Shown piece after piece: positions 41,876 to 56,507 of a DNA stretch of 64,000 nt. Location of the stretch: NCBI RefSeq assembly GCF_009914755.1, contig NC_060928.1. One strand, written 5' to 3'. The stretch's first letter is position 1; every line of letters begins with the position of its first letter. A program made the translations under genes and the position numbers. The notes below the pieces were generated by a model. That model had not been told where the DNA came from. It saw only the letters and a program-made list of their open reading frames with translations, and searched no databases. Source of the stretch: the human T2T-CHM13v2.0 reference genome, Homo sapiens.

Positions 41876-43441
41876 TGCTAAATATGACTAATTTCATTAC
41901 TTTTAGAATTAATTTTAAGAATTAGGATATGTTCAATTTAGGATTAGTAAAGTAAAAAAGCAAATATGATACCTGAAGAAATAGAAACTATAAAATTGTA
42001 TGACACAGTAACACATTCTTCTGAAGAAGTTCTTAACTTTATGTAATTATATAGATAAATCTATCATAATATTTGTGTTTTTTCACCATCCTGATGGGCG
42101 AATCAGGTGTGTCTTTTTAAAGGTACAGGTTCTAAACCATTGTCTCAAACTTTTGTATTTAGAAAACATGCAATGTGACATTACACGTGAATTGCCTGTT
42201 ACAACTGTCATAGGTATCAGCTGAAATTTTCTATCCTTGTAAATTGAAAGTACATCACACAGACTGTTAAACCCCTGAATTTCTGCAGTCTTTGTGAAGT
42301 TTCTGTGGAAGAATAATGGTGACTTTTCCTTCTCCATTCTTTTCTTTACATCTTCGTTTATAAACTCCTAATTCCAACCAGTTAGTTCATGTTGGATCAT
42401 CTTACCATTCTTCTGGGGACCATTTCAGACAGATATAAAGTATAGCTTTTTTACTATTATCACTATTTCCCATTGAAATTGTCTACAGAAAGCGTTTTAT
42501 GTGTTTCAGACTCTAATGAAGGTTTGGTGAGGTAAATATATTATGCCAACTATGCTGCACTCCCAATTTATTTCTCTCCTTCTCCAGGCACCTCCATTCC
42601 AGCAAACTCAATTTATTACTTTGTTTTTTAAGAAAGTTCTTCTTTCTACCATTTACTTTTTGTCAGTTGACTTTTTAATATCTAAATATGTATTCATACA
42701 TATTAATGGACTTTGTTAATCCTAAGACAGTATTGCAAAATTCACCCCCAGTAGGCACAGAGGAACTGACAGAGCTTAGTTTCCATTTTAACCATTTTCC
42801 TATCCCATGTGTTTCTGTGAGCGTAGGGAAAATGGGGGAAAGGGCACTTTTGATATACCATTGGTTCTAGAATTGGATTAATAAATCCTGCTCAAGCAAA
42901 TCCAATATTATATCCTGTATTGAACATTACTAAGGATTTCAAGGATACAGACAATAAGGAGGTTCAGATGAAGAAAAGAGGGCTATGGGACAGGAAGAGC
43001 CTTTCCTCTGTTCTTTCCTTCTCACACCAGACACACATCTTTGCCCAGAATAATAGAGGAGATACATAAGTCAGGTTTTTTAGAGTTATTATGTCGCATT
43101 GCAGAAAGAGTATTTAAATTATGTATTATAAGCATGAGGAATATTATTTCCATTCTGTACACCAGGGAGTTGTATAGCTTGCATGACATTCTCTAGGAAG
43201 CCAAGCCTCCAATCTGTAGATCTTGATTTTATTTACTAAAAATAACCCTCAATCAGAAATATTTTGCTAATGGCATTCTATATAAAAGGACTATTTCTTC
43301 TAGAAAATATTATTTTTGTCTTTACCTACAGGTGCAGGTGACAAGGAGATTAAACAAGGTCACTTGTTTTCTTTCCTTCTCTGAAATAAAGAAGGTCAGT
43401 CTGGTAATGTGTGTGACTTGATTACAGGCTGGATGCTTTAG

Positions 43442-43444
<3 letters not shown>

Positions 43445-43478
<34 letters not shown>
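43445..43478. repeat. (CT)17 microsatellite
   Basis: Perfect dinucleotide run. Confidence 0.95.
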
Positions 43479-43481
<3 letters not shown>

Positions 43482-44603
43482 AGTGTACATGTATACCTTA
43501 CTTTATTTTCTGTGGTCCTCTTTCGACTTCATTCACTCAATTTTTACTCACAATAACTCTATTAAGCCTATAAGGCAGGTATAATTGTTTCAACTTTAAA
43601 AATAAAGTTATTTGTGGTTTGAGGGATTTCATTGCACTCTTCCAAACTGACACAATTTAACATGCAGTCACAGCATACATTCAATGCACCAGGCATTACT
43701 CCGGATACTGGGGATTTAAACAGGGCTGAGACACCACTGGTATGTTCCCGTGACCCTGTATCATTCATTTAAATATTGAAATGTTTCCTTTTAGGCCCTA
43801 TTTTGGATCCACCTTTAGGGTGGTCAAGCCACTGAGGTTTTACATCTGGCTCAGGTGGCTCACATGATTCTACTGCAACTCTGAAAATAGATTCTGTCCA
43901 TGCAGTTAAGTAATCGCTTTCATAAATCTTGCCTCCCTGCCACCTTTAATAGGGAATAGCCAATTTACAAGGCTAAGTGGTGCCCTGCCTGAAACTCTCA
44001 TTCTGGATGTCACTGGGCCACCCTTGCAGCTTCCCTTTGAGCATGCCACAGCTCTACACACGAGCCCCTGGCCAGAGCCAGCCACACCACAACCCTATTA
44101 CCCGTGCTGGCATATAAGGAGACCACTGTCTCTTGACTATCTGGCTCCATATATCCAGACAGCCTTCCACTGGCTCATGGTTTTTCATTTCCCCTCCTCC
44201 ATCTTTCAGTTGCTCTTATGTGGTCACTCGTGGAAACTGTAGTTGTTGCAGCTCTTCGTCTCTGAGTTCCAGAGAAAATCCCAGAAGGCAGGGAGGTTTT
44301 TTTCCTACTCATAGCCTCAGTCTGAATGGAAACATCTCAGGATCTGATATGATGTTCTCAGCTGCACAAGCATTTCTGAAACTTGTGTTACACAATTTGG
44401 GGAGAATGGTGAGATCTCGATGCATGATTAAGGACATGTCATTCCTAAGATTTGCATTCCACTTTCCGCCAACTGGTTGAAATTTCCCTTTATTTAGTAG
44501 TAAATGATCATTAAAATGAACCTAAGGTCTGCTGGATATTTCATTAGCAATATTCATCTTCGTGACTGATTAAAAAGAGAGTTGATGCATATTATAAAGC
44601 ACT

Positions 44604-44687
44604 TAATCTGAGGTCTGTTTATAACTTTTTTATTATAACTGTTTATAACTATTTATAATCTGTGGTCTGTTTATAACTATTTTATTA
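44604..44687. repeat. Complex local duplication (32-bp unit twice, separated by TTTATAACT sub-repeats)
   Basis: TAATCTG(A/T)GGTCTGTTTATAACT(T/A)TTTTATTA at 44604-44635 and 44656-44687. Confidence 0.85.
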
Positions 44688-44719
44688 GATATATTTTTAA
44701 CTAATTTCAGCAATAGATT

Positions 44720-44840
44720 AACTATAATCATCCCTATTTTACAAATGAGGAAACTGAGGCACTGAGATAGCATCTAAAGCTTACATGGGGGAGTGAGGAT
44801 TTGATTCCAGGAAGTTAGGCAACGGGATCTGCACTCCTGA
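44720..44840 (-). mobile_element. MIR core
   Basis: ATCCCTATTTTACAAATGAGGAAACTGAGGCAC. Confidence 0.85.
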
Positions 44841-44934
44841 CATTAATAATATGATACCGCTCCACAAAATACCTCCTCTCATCTGGCCTAACAAAATCGG
44901 TTTGCCTTAAAAATTTTTGAAGTTTGGTTGATGA

Positions 44935-45428
44935 TGTATACCACATTATTTCAAAGTCTTTATTCCTCCTTACTTTTTGATATGTGAGTTTCAGTAGTGT
45001 CTAGTAGGAGTGGAATATATTTCTCAGCCCTTTTAAAGTTAGACTTAGCAGTGTGACTTGCTTTGGTCAATGAAATGTAGGTGGAGGTGGCAGTGTTATG
45101 TTTCCAATAGAGGCCTTTCAGGCATTGCCATTTGCTGCTTTCTTGTGCTGCTCTGTCATTGCAATGAAAATATTTCCTGGGTAACTACTGGTTCCGGAGT
45201 AATGTTTGACACATGTAGCAGATCTAAACCTAACCTTTAGCTTGAAGCCAAGCCCAGATAATATGCAGCTCAAAACCAAGGTGCCCAGATGAATTGACTT
45301 AGATCAGCCACAGTCATAATGGGACTGCAGAACCAGAAGCAAAAGAGTAAAATGCTTATTTTCGTACAACATTGAGTTTTGGGGTCCTTGGTTTGTAACA
45401 TTATTGCAGTAAAACATGACAAATACCT
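44935..45428 (+). mobile_element. MLT1 (I/J-like) MaLR LTR
   Basis: TGTGACTTGCTTTGGTCAATGAAATGT...CATTGAGTTTTGGGG...TGACAAATAC. Confidence 0.7.
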
Positions 45429-45840
45429 TCAATAAAAGATATATTGAATATATTAAAATAGCAGATATTACTATAAGTATAAAATTCTTTATATAATTGC
45501 AATTTTTCCACAAAAAACAAATGAAGCTTTGGAGCTATGAATAATATTACTGATATTAAGAGAAATGGAAACTACAAATAACTTAATATCCATCAAATTT
45601 GTGAAGAAGTTTTGGAAATTTTTATATTTTTTCTAATGTCAAATCCTAACTATGACAGCCATTTCAAACAAATCTGATACCAACAATTTCTTAAAATCAA
45701 AATGTTTTGAAAATAATTAGAATAATGTAATAAAAATTAGTACTATAACTCATATCACTTTGACAGTATTTGGTAATATAGTTTAATTTTATTTAGAAAA
45801 TGAAAGAGAACACAGTTTTAAAGCTTTTGACTTATATGTA

Positions 45841-46296
45841 TTGTTGACCCTTGAAGAACACTGGTTGGAACTATGTGAGTCACTTATAATTGGAATTTCT
45901 TCCTCTTCTGCCACCTCTGAGACAGCAAGACCAACCCCTCCTCTTTCTCGTCCTTCTCAGCTTACTCAACGTGAAGATGATGAGGATGAAAACCCTTATA
46001 ATGATCCACTTCCACTAATCATATTTACTATTCTATTAATGAATGGTAAATATATTTTTCTTTTGATTTTCTTAATAACATTTTCTTTCCTTTAGCTAAC
46101 TTTATTGTAAAAATACAGTATACCTATAACATATAAAATATGAGTTAATCCAGTGTTAAAGTTATCCGTAAGGCTTCCAGTCAACAGTAGGCTATTGATA
46201 GCTAAGTTAAGTTTTGAGGAAGGCAAAAGTTATCTGCTGATTTCTGACTACATGAGATCTTGGCATCCTAACCACATGTTGTTCAAGGGTCAACTC
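45841..46296 (+). mobile_element. Tigger2a (MER28)-like TcMar MITE
   Basis: TIRs GTTGACCCTTGAAGAACA / TGTTGTTCAAGGGTCAAC flanked by TA; internal GAGACAGCAAGACCAACCCCTCCTCT...GAAGATGATGAGGATGAA. Confidence 0.88.
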
Positions 46297-47045
46297 TAAC
46301 TTTATATTACCGTACCAAGTTTTACATTCTGGATATTGCCCTTACATAAAAAGAAAAATGGCAAATGGCCTTTCCTTGCGGGATTTCACCAGATTATTAC
46401 GAAAAGTAGGTATTTAAGAATAAAGTTAAGGGACAAATGAAAATAATACCAAAGACATTGTATGGAATTAACTCATAAAACATTCCTGAGTTATAAACTA
46501 AATTTTCTTATCCTACAATCTGTCTTATCTCAAAAATTTTATGCTACTGAGGCTAGTACGCCATTTTTGTATAAGGCGAAATTTATGAATGAATTACTTA
46601 CATTTTTTTTGTCTTGTTTTGTTCCCATTATCATGTTTTCCTATCTGATTGGTGAGACTGAATGGAATTGTTTTTTGGAGTTTGAAGATTATAAAATTTG
46701 GAGATTCTCATTAAGGAAAAAAACAAATTTATTAATGTAAAATTAGTTTTGAAAGTGAATATTTTAAAAAAGAAAAGTTATAACAAATTAGGCTTAGAGT
46801 TTCTGATCCCTTAGGCAATCTATCATGAATGCTTAAATAGAAGAGCTTGCCAATTGTACCCTGCACAGCGCAGGGTGCAATTTATATTTATTTTCAAATA
46901 AATATATTTGAAAATAGCCACAAAATGTTCCCTCTCTCAGGTGCTATGCAAGGTGGGGAAGGGAGGACTAGCTTCATAGTACATTTATCTCTATTTATTG
47001 GTGACATTTTTCTTAATCTCCACTTAATTTCTGTACTCTCTTTTT

Positions 47046-47351
<306 letters not shown>

Positions 47352-47419
47352 TCTCTTTTTAAAAAATTTTCACAATTTGTTTTTTACTTGTCTTATATTC
47401 ATTATGCAACTTTCTAATA

Positions 47420-48050
47420 AGTTTATTAAATGCACTAAGTATAATAATCAATGCTATATTCAAAGGTACATCTGACATACCTCCTGCCCTCAAGAAATTT
47501 ATAGCCTAAGAGAAACTTCCTTGGAAGTTAACAATTAAAAAATAATGGAAGTAGTACTGTAGTTGACATTTTCTGTAAATATTAGAACTAGAAAACAAAG
47601 AAAAGAGTAGAAAATTATGCCTAAGATTAAAGCAGAGACTTTGTGGAGGTGAAAAAGCTTGGGTTGAATTGTGAAAGATGAGAAAGTTGTCACTAAGAAG
47701 AAAAGAGTAGGAAGGGCATTTTTAAGTGGAGCCACGGCCCAGGAGTAAAGGTGTGATCAAAAGCACAGAAGCTCAACAGTTTTGGACACTGATTAAAAGG
47801 AATCATTAGCTAGCATGACTGGAATGAAGTATATTAAAAGGGTCATGGACCTTATGATAGAAAAATTTGATGCCAGTCTAGGAGCCTAAACCTACTGCAT
47901 AGGAACTATGAATGCAGTCTATTGCAGAAGGAGGCCAGATATGGCTCTATTTCAGAAAGACAATTCTGGCACTGATGTGCAGAGAAAATCTGTGAGATGA
48001 GATTTGAAAGAGATGAAGTGGAAAGACCGATTAGGAGACTGTTTTGATCC
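47420..48050 (-). mobile_element. L2 fragment
   Basis: CCTGCCCTCAAGAAATTTATAGCCTA...TTCAGAAAGACAATTCTGGCA...GAAAGACCGATTAGGAGACTGTT. Confidence 0.7.
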
Positions 48051-49229
48051 TAGCCAGTTTTCACAGTGCTGCTTGACTTATGAAAATGGAACCTTTAAAG
48101 TAAAGAGAGTCAGTTTGCTAGAAGATAGAGTTCTTTGAAAGTAATATCAAATGGTTTTTAAAACTATTCATTGATTCTAAATGAAACAAAATCACCTTTA
48201 TTTTATCTTTTGATTAATGTTCAAAAGTGATAGAAAACTACTAATAAGCAAAACCTAAGTATGAAAAAGTTATTCATTCTAATGCTTTTTTTCTGAAAAA
48301 AAAGATTTTTATTTAGAAACTGATCGCACTCAATATTCATAAGGCTTAAATGATTGAGAAAACATGGCCAGATTGAAAGATTAGATTGTCTTCCAGTTGT
48401 TCAATGTACCCGGAGTTGATTTTTATCCTTCCCACCAAGTAACCAAGTGATGAAAAGGATGAAATGTCAACAGGAGAGAGGAGGATGGGGGAAGTATAGG
48501 GGTGAAGAATTATAGGTGGATGGAAGCTCAATAGAAACATCTAAGACAAGAGCATGGGGGTGGTTCAATATCTTGAATAAAAGGGATAATAGATTGTTGG
48601 GGAGGGATATGAAACATCAAAAGAGCAGAGGAATATTATAGTGGAATAATGCTGAAAAAGGCAAAAAGCTACATCATTTAAAAAGTGGGAGAAAAATCAA
48701 TAGCCTTTTTATGTTGAATGACTGAAATATATGACTGGAAAGATCAGGTTGCACATGATTTCTATTGACATACTTTTTAAACATATATTCAATATAAATT
48801 TATTATCTTTTAGTCCTTTTAAATGATATCAATCTACCCAGGGAAACAATTGCTTGAAGTAATGAGCTGTACTGAGAGTTACTGGACCAATGTCTGATTA
48901 ATCAAAACAATGTCCCATTCCCATCCTCTTTGATTTCTGGTTTATCACAAATCACATCTCAAAACATTTGCCTCAATAGTATATACTGGCTCTGTATAAC
49001 TCACTCTGTTATGAGTGATATGCACTCTGCACATATATGAGGATATGCACTGTGATAAATTTTGTGCATGTCCTCTTACTTGACCTTAGAAAAGCTTATA
49101 GCATTTAATCTTTAGCCTCACCTACATTCTGTTCTACTGGGCTAACTAGATAGGCCTCCCTTTCAGGCAAGGTTAGCAAATATAATTCATAAATAGAGGG
49201 GAGCTTATTATAGTGGGTAAAAAGGTAAG

Positions 49230-49295
49230 AGAAAGACATAAAAATTTTCAGGAAGAAAGAACCAGAAAGACAGAAATTTTCAGGAAGAAAGAACA
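49230..49295. repeat. Imperfect ~33-bp tandem duplication
   Basis: AGAAAGACATAAAAATTTTCAGGAAGAAAGAACC then AGAAAGACAGAAATTTTCAGGAAGAAAGAACA. Confidence 0.88.
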
Positions 49296-52200
49296 AGCAA
49301 GATAGTTCTTGCACACAAAATAACTTGCGCTCGAGTGAAAGATATGCATAACTAACACTAGACAGTGCAAACATGGCCAAAAGCCTGGGGGGAAATGAGT
49401 GTTTGCTGAACTGTGATCTAGAATGTTGATTTTTTGGTAAAAGGGGCTGCTTTTATGTCTCAGAGGCAGAGGACACCTTTTCTCAAGCTTGGAAACAAAA
49501 AAGAGAATTGGGTGGGGAGGGTGACATTTAAGTGTCGTTCCAGCAGTGTGTTGTAAGTGGAACATAATCTTCAGTATAAAGGAAGAGGTGAGCTTGGTGT
49601 TCATTTTCTCTCATACAGCAAGATATTAGAGTGTGTTGTGGTGTCACGGCACAGCAGGGGTTTTCATTGATTTCAAGTTCTTCATCTTATACTGTGACTT
49701 TAGGCAAACTGTTCTGAGTCTCTGATTTTTTTCGTCTAAGAAAATAAATATTTAATAATTAGTAGAATAAAATGTGATGAGATAATGTATGCTAGCATGT
49801 GGGAAGGATGCATAAATTAAAAAGTAGGCCTTATCTTTCCATAAAAATAATATGTTTACAAATATATGTTGTATTCATTCTTTATACAAAGATAAAATTT
49901 TATCAAAATTATAAGTCAAAATTAAGAGAAACAGATTATATTATATATCCTTTAGGCCATTGTAGGCTTATATTATGCCTAATATGATTCCATTTAAGCA
50001 TAGACATGATGCTAATTTGTATGGCAGACTGTATGGGGTTCAGGGTAGTGAAACTTTATTTAAAATGCCATGTGTATTATGTTAAATATTTTATCCTACT
50101 CCACTTCAACTAAGGCCATTGATACTTATTATGCATTTTTGTGTGACATTTTGGAGGTCATATTTCTTGAAGTTTTCTTTAAGGCAAGACTTAATGTTTA
50201 TCCTTGGTAGTCAATACCTAATATTTATCCTTGTCTTTTGCACAGAAGTGGCCGTATCACACAATTTCGACCCATGGGATATAAATGGAAGTCGACTGTG
50301 ATTTTTCCCAGTCATTGCTTTCTGTTAATGAGATCTGTTTTATTTCTCTTTTCTTTTTTCGTCCTACTAAAAATGCATGTGATTGTCATAGCTGAAACAG
50401 CCTTGTTACTTCGAAGAGAAAACTAGCAAACATAGTAGCTAGGCCATGTGATACTGCTGAACTAGTGTCCGTACCACCTGCTCAGGACCTCTTGCAATGG
50501 GAGATGAAATTTGTTTAACTACTGTGATCAGCTCTTTGATTATTGGAAGAAAAGGCATTCCTAAGTGACACAGAACTAAACTTAGTGTTCTAAGTATTTT
50601 GGCAGATCTTGTGTTACTGTTCATTCTGAATCCTGATACATCATATTCACTTAGAAAGACAAATATTGGGTTTCTTTTTTTGATAGCCTAATCCATTTCT
50701 GATTGCCCAGTTCATTTTCTTTTCTTGGTCTATCTGACCATTTGAATATGAACAGTGTCCTGATAAATGCTGAGACTGTATACAAAAGTTCTCTTTCTCA
50801 CTGTCTTCCTCTCACCATTACTCTTCATTGCTCTGTAAGATACATGAACCAAAATCAATGTTAAGTTATTTTGAGATAGACTTTCCCCAAATTCTATCTC
50901 ATCTTCACTGAAAGATCCTTCTATAAATACAGCCAAGTTATACTTTTCTTCAAAAAACCTGATACTTCACAGTAGCAAAAGACTGAGATATTTTAATGTT
51001 AGAGAAAGATTGGAAGTCTGTATTATATGGTATCCTGAAAGCAACAGATTTCAAAATATGTACCCTGTTGAACTGAGGATATAGAGCAGAGAGAATACTG
51101 AGAACCTTGCTCTTTCAGGTTTAGAAGTCTCAGTATTCATTATGCTTTTCCTAAAAAGTTAGTTAAATTAAGGCTTATTTTATGCAGATACTTAGATCAT
51201 GACATAGGCCTGTGTTGTCTACTTTTCGTAGCATTCATTAAAATCCCAGAGGAAAGGGACAAATTTATGCTGAAGGTGAAGAGAATTGAGCTTTATGTCT
51301 GAAAGAAGAAAATGAACAAATTATAACTTTGTTAAATGCCAAGAGAGACACAATTTTATGCCTCAAGAGTTAATGTGATCAGGGTCTGTGTTGGGGGTGT
51401 TAGCAGGAGATATGATTTAACATAGCATTATCTCCCTTAATGTGAGCCCACCTGCAAGCATTCCTGTTAAGCTGTCCCTGGCTGAAGAAGACTTCTCTCA
51501 TTGTGAAGACTGAACTGATACAAAGCAAGGTGCAAGGGGAAGATAATCATTCCCTTCTCATTCAGAGCTAGTAGAGTCCACTTCAGTACAGAGGCCATTA
51601 AAATGATAGCAGAGGTAAAGAAGTACAATGCCAAGAGCCAGATACCCCTAGATTCAACGAGACTCTAGGCAATATATCTGGCTGTGGAAATGAGGTAAAG
51701 AAAATATACTGAGAGCTAAACAGGGTATTTTAGAAGAGTTTCTGCTAAAGATATAGCCTAGTTGAAAATTTCTATGACTGTTAAATCCTAAAGCAATACC
51801 CAGACTACAAAATTTATACCACAGGAGGAGAGTTGACAAAACTGAACATTTCCCAAAGAGATAAACTCCTATATTGCCAATTACAGGTCTTACTACAGAG
51901 GACAATGAACAAGGGAGATCCTACTGCAGGGCTGGATCCGAGGTCAGCAATTTGGCTGCCTAAAGAATCCCACCTCTGCCAAGGTATCATGGCCCAACAA
52001 GGTGTAGATGTACTAGGCAAATGGCTACTGTGCTGTTGCCCATATCCCATTTTTCAAATGAAAGCTTTTATAATATTTATTCTAATTGCCCCACTGTTAC
52101 ATATTATATAGGGTTGAGGTAATTTGTATTTCATCCACACGATGCTGGGCCATGAATAGGAATTCTGTGATTCAAGGATATTATAACTTTTCAAGTTGAC

Positions 52201-52608
52201 ATTTGACCATGAAAACAACACGCAATTGTGCTTAAGCAGGCAAGAATCTTCAAGATCTTCTTTTGTAAAATGATCTTCTTTTTTCATGATGGCGAAAACC
52301 AGTCAACCAAGAGATAAAACAAAATATATAAAACTCAGAGAAATTTTATTGAAAGTGAGGAATTTTCTGAGCATTGGAATATTTAAATAAAGAACATACA
52401 TATGAACGACAGCTGGGGTTAGTTATATAAAGGCTGTAAAACCTAGATAGAATGAAAACGATAACATAAAAATAAAATGGCAATGAGGATAGAAGAAATC
52501 TGTGGAAATCTAAGAAGAATTTCCTCATCCTTTAAAGTGGATCATTAAGGACAGTTATTATGTACATAGTATATCCAATGCCTTCATATTTTATTTCATT
52601 ATATTTCC

Positions 52609-52880
52609 ACTTTGTTGAGTTATAACTTACAAATAAAAATTATATATATTTAAGGTGTACAACATGATGATTTATATGTGTATACATTGTGAAATGATTA
52701 CCACAGTCAAATTAATTATCACATCCATTACCTCACACAGTTACCATTTGTGTATATGTGGTGTGGACACTTAAGAACTACTCTCTTAAGAAATTTCGAG
52801 TAAATAATATAATACTAACTACAGTCACCATGCTGTACATTAGATTCTCAGAGCTTATTCATTTTATAACTGAAAGTTTA
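52609..52880 (-). mobile_element. L1MA9-like 3' end
   Basis: TATTTAAGGTGTACAACATGATG...ACATCCATTACCTCACACAGTTACCA...ACAGTCACCATGCTGTACATTAGA. Confidence 0.88.
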
Positions 52881-53324
52881 TCTTGATATTTTAAATAATC
52901 TTTCCTTGTAACATTTCAAGAACAGTGCAATATCAAATATCTATGTTAAAGAAACATTAACTTTGTATTCTTACATCCTCATGATATAAATATGCTTAGA
53001 CATTTGTATGATTTATTACCTATTAGGACATAATATGAAATTGAGACTTAACCCTGGGAAAGATATAACCACTGGATGATTTGAAGTAGGAAGCAATTAT
53101 TCTGGCAGTGGTGGTTGTGGTGGGTGGATTGTAGTATGATCAAAAATAAATTAGAAAGTTAAGCTTGGTAATAATTAAGGAAATATTAGATGTGAGGGTG
53201 GTGAGATTTAGGATATACATTGAAGAAAGAGCCCATAGCTGTCAAGTATGAAGGAAAGAGAACTAGGACTAGCTCCTTATTTTTTTTTTTCTGAAGAATT
53301 GTGTGCCTCTTACTGAGATATTAG

Positions 53325-53540
53325 CATTGAATGCTGATATTTACGAAGCACTTAATACAAATATATACAGACTCATTTGAATTTCAAATGACTCAAATTA
53401 ACACTATTGAATAGCATTGTTATTATTCCCATTTTCCAGATAGAAAACTGAGGAATAGATAAGTTAATAACTATCCAGTATATCATGTAACCAGTAGTAA
53501 GTAGCACAGCCAGGAATTGAACATTTGTAATTTCTTAACA
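53325..53540 (-). mobile_element. MIR
   Basis: TATTATTCCCATTTTCCAGATAGAAAACTGAGG...AGTAGCACAGCCAGGAATTGAAC. Confidence 0.75.
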
Positions 53541-54542
53541 ATCATGCTTTTAAATAGAATTGTATAAATGGAGAAGACTATGGAAATAAAAGTTCAAGTA
53601 TTATGGTAATGCTTATATGTCTATTGAACATGCAAAGGGCAAGGACTTCAATCTTCTAATATGATCAGGAGATGGTCATAAAAATTAATTAGAAAATATT
53701 TATATATTAAAATTTGATATAGGCTGCTTATAGCAGAATAGACTTATGTGTAACTTATTTGGCCTCCTTTTGTTTACCATTTAGCCCCTTGTTAGTGTCT
53801 CCAATAGATCAAATCATGCAATGAAAGTGTATTTTTTTTAATCCAAGTGAAGAAACTGAATAAACAGTGCATTATCTCAGGCCATATCACTCTCAAGGAA
53901 AGGGGAGATTCTTGTGTGTTTTGGACCTTTTGTCATAATTTGGTTATATCAATAATTACAATTCATACTTTTATATAGTATTTTACTTTGCTTTACTAAG
54001 CACATTCTTATACTTTATATCAGTTTGATTTTAAGTCTCACATTAACTCTACGATGAATATAGTACAGACATTATTATTCTGCCTTCAGAAGTGAATCTA
54101 CTTGTCCTCAAATAGGTTAAGTGACTTGTTCAATATCAACCTGAAAATCAGTGGCAGAAATGGGATTGTAACTAGAGTTTCTTTAGTTCATACTGTCGTT
54201 CATTCCAAGGACTTTAGATATAACATTAGAATTGAGAGTTCTGTCTGAATCTAATATGTCCATGTGGCAGCAGTACGATTACATGTAATTTAAATGTGCT
54301 ATGGAGTATTCTGAGTGAAAAGAAATGATTAAGTATGCAGAGCCTAGGTTTGATCCCAAACCCTATGAATCTCGTAGCCTTGGAGTGGCCTGGACTGTGG
54401 GCAAACATTCAACTTATTTTAGCCTGCTTTAAACTTAAGCCAGTGGTTCTCACAATTTCTTTCCAGTAATGCATCACATTTGTACTCATGCCATTTGCAT
54501 GACCATATTCAGATTTTAAAGTTCACTCATTGTGGTTGAGGA

Positions 54543-55175
54543 TTTTATTTTTTTAAATTTTACTGATACATAATAGTTGTACAGATTTATAGAGTACCTG
54601 TGATATTTTGACATATGGATACAATATGTAATTATCAAATCAGGGTAATTGGAATATCCACCACCTCAAACATTCATCATTTATTCATTTCTTTCTGTTA
54701 ATAATATTTTTTTTCTCTCTCTCTCTTTATTTTTTGTAGGGAGGAGTTCTTGCTCTGTCACCTAGTCTGGAATGCAAGGGCACAATCATAGCTCACTGCA
54801 GCCTCATACTCCTGGACTCAAATGATCCTCCTGCCTCACCCTCCTGAGTAGTTGGGACTACAGGCATGTGCCACCATGCCTGGCTAATTTATTTTTATTT
54901 ATTTTTATTTTTTTAGAGATGAGGTCTTTTTATATTGCCCAGGCTGGTCTCAAACTGGCCTCAAGCTATCCTACTGCCTCAGCCTCCCGAGTAGGTGGGA
55001 ATATTCTAAATATTTTCTTCCAGCTATTTTGAAATATACAATAAATTATTGTTATTAATAGTTGCCCTACCATGCTAGCAAACACTAGAACTTATTTCCT
55101 TTATCTAACTGTATTTTTGTGCCCATTAACCAACCTGTCTTCATCCCCTAATACTCTGTACTCTTCCCAGACTCT
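54543..55175 (-). mobile_element. L1MA-type 3' end interrupted by an AluJ
   Basis: TGATACATAATAGTTGTACA...TCAAATCAGGGTAATTGG, resuming with CAGCTATTTTGAAATATACAATAAATTATTG...ATCTAACTGTATTTTTGTGCCCATTAACC. Confidence 0.85.
54708..55000 (-). mobile_element. AluJ, 5'-truncated
   Basis: ATCATAGCTCACTGCAGCCTC...CTCCTGGACTCAAATGATCCTCC J-type text. Confidence 0.92.
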
Positions 55176-55548
55176 GTTGCTCTAATTCTTAAGCCTGTTT
55201 CCTCTTTTGATAAACCTAAACGCTCAAGGCTTTCTTAAAGACAGGACTTTTCTCCCTCTGATCCTGGAAATTATGAAAAGAGCTGCCACTAAACCTCCCA
55301 CTGGAAATCACTGACCCATGCTACATGCAGACTTCCTTTGCATCTGGGCTCACAACATATTCCTATTTCTTTCATCTTAACATGGCAATGGTGAGAAGAG
55401 GCAAGGAATAAAAACCTAAAGGAGAAAAGAGACAAGTAAAATAATAGATTTTCTCCAAAACTTACCAAAGAGATGACTAAACCCATTGATTTCACCTGTA
55501 AGCATCCCCAAGATAAAGATCTCTTCCAAGCTGCAGACAGCTTTTTTC

Positions 55549-55592
55549 TCCTTGCACACCGATTTCAGGGTCCTTGCACACTGATTTCAGGG
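55549..55592. repeat. 22-bp tandem duplication
   Basis: TCCTTGCACAC(C/T)GATTTCAGGG twice; the single difference is a CpG/TpG change. Confidence 0.95.
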
Positions 55593-56507
55593 AATTTGTA
55601 ATTCAAAAGAGAATTAAACACTTTTGAAGCAGGATACCAAAATAAAAAATGTAAAGAGAAAGCAGGCTACATGGAGGAAAGCACATTTAATGCTGATAAT
55701 TAGCATCTAAAAACTGGATACCTTAGTTCCTTGACATCAAGTTTTCTGCTTGACCCAAATGATAACTTGTTCTCCTAGGGGTTGAAGTAGATTAGAGCAA
55801 GAAAGTTGTAAAATTAACAGTGGTAAAAACAGAGACATTGCAAACAATGTTCTCTTTGCTTTTTAATGAAAACATTCTAAGCATTTAAATGGTTAAAAAA
55901 ATGCTAGTTATAAGCATGTCTTCCTTTATAGCTTATGTCTTTCCTTGGGGCATATTCTGTTCATTTTGCTTACTTGTTCTCTGGTCTGCAGTTTTATACA
56001 ACAATTCACCACAGAGATCCCTGGGTTAAGTAGTGAGGGAAATCATTCTACCTTAAGCATGTTAAGTTTGGATGAAGGCACAGAAATCTAGAAGAAATCG
56101 AAACTTACAATTGTGCTTAATTGGCTTTAACCCTTCAACATATTGTGTAGAAGTACATTGGGTAATAACATATACTGTTTCACTGTGCATACGTTAAAAT
56201 GTGAAATCCTTTAAATGCAAACAGCACTTGTCACTCCATCAACTATTCAAATTGTCAGAGATGTATCAACTAACCCTAGCTACCCTCTGCAGGCGATCTG
56301 GAGCCAGCCTGCTGTTTAATAACCAGCATTTAACAAGAAATAACATGTAGATGTGGTGTGTGGTTTAAAACATTGTGTTAAGCATCATTAAAACTCAGTC
56401 TCCTAAGAGCCTTATTAAGAGTCCTTTCCTCACCATAATAAAACATTTCTCTGTGACTGTTTCGATCTAGTTGCTAACAATACAAACAAAATGCCTCTTA
56501 ATTTAAC

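Noticed and set aside
43780-44480. Relatively GC-rich stretch with several ORFs
   Set aside because: Possibly an old LTR/ERV remnant, but I cannot assign a family, and the ORFs show no recognisable homology.
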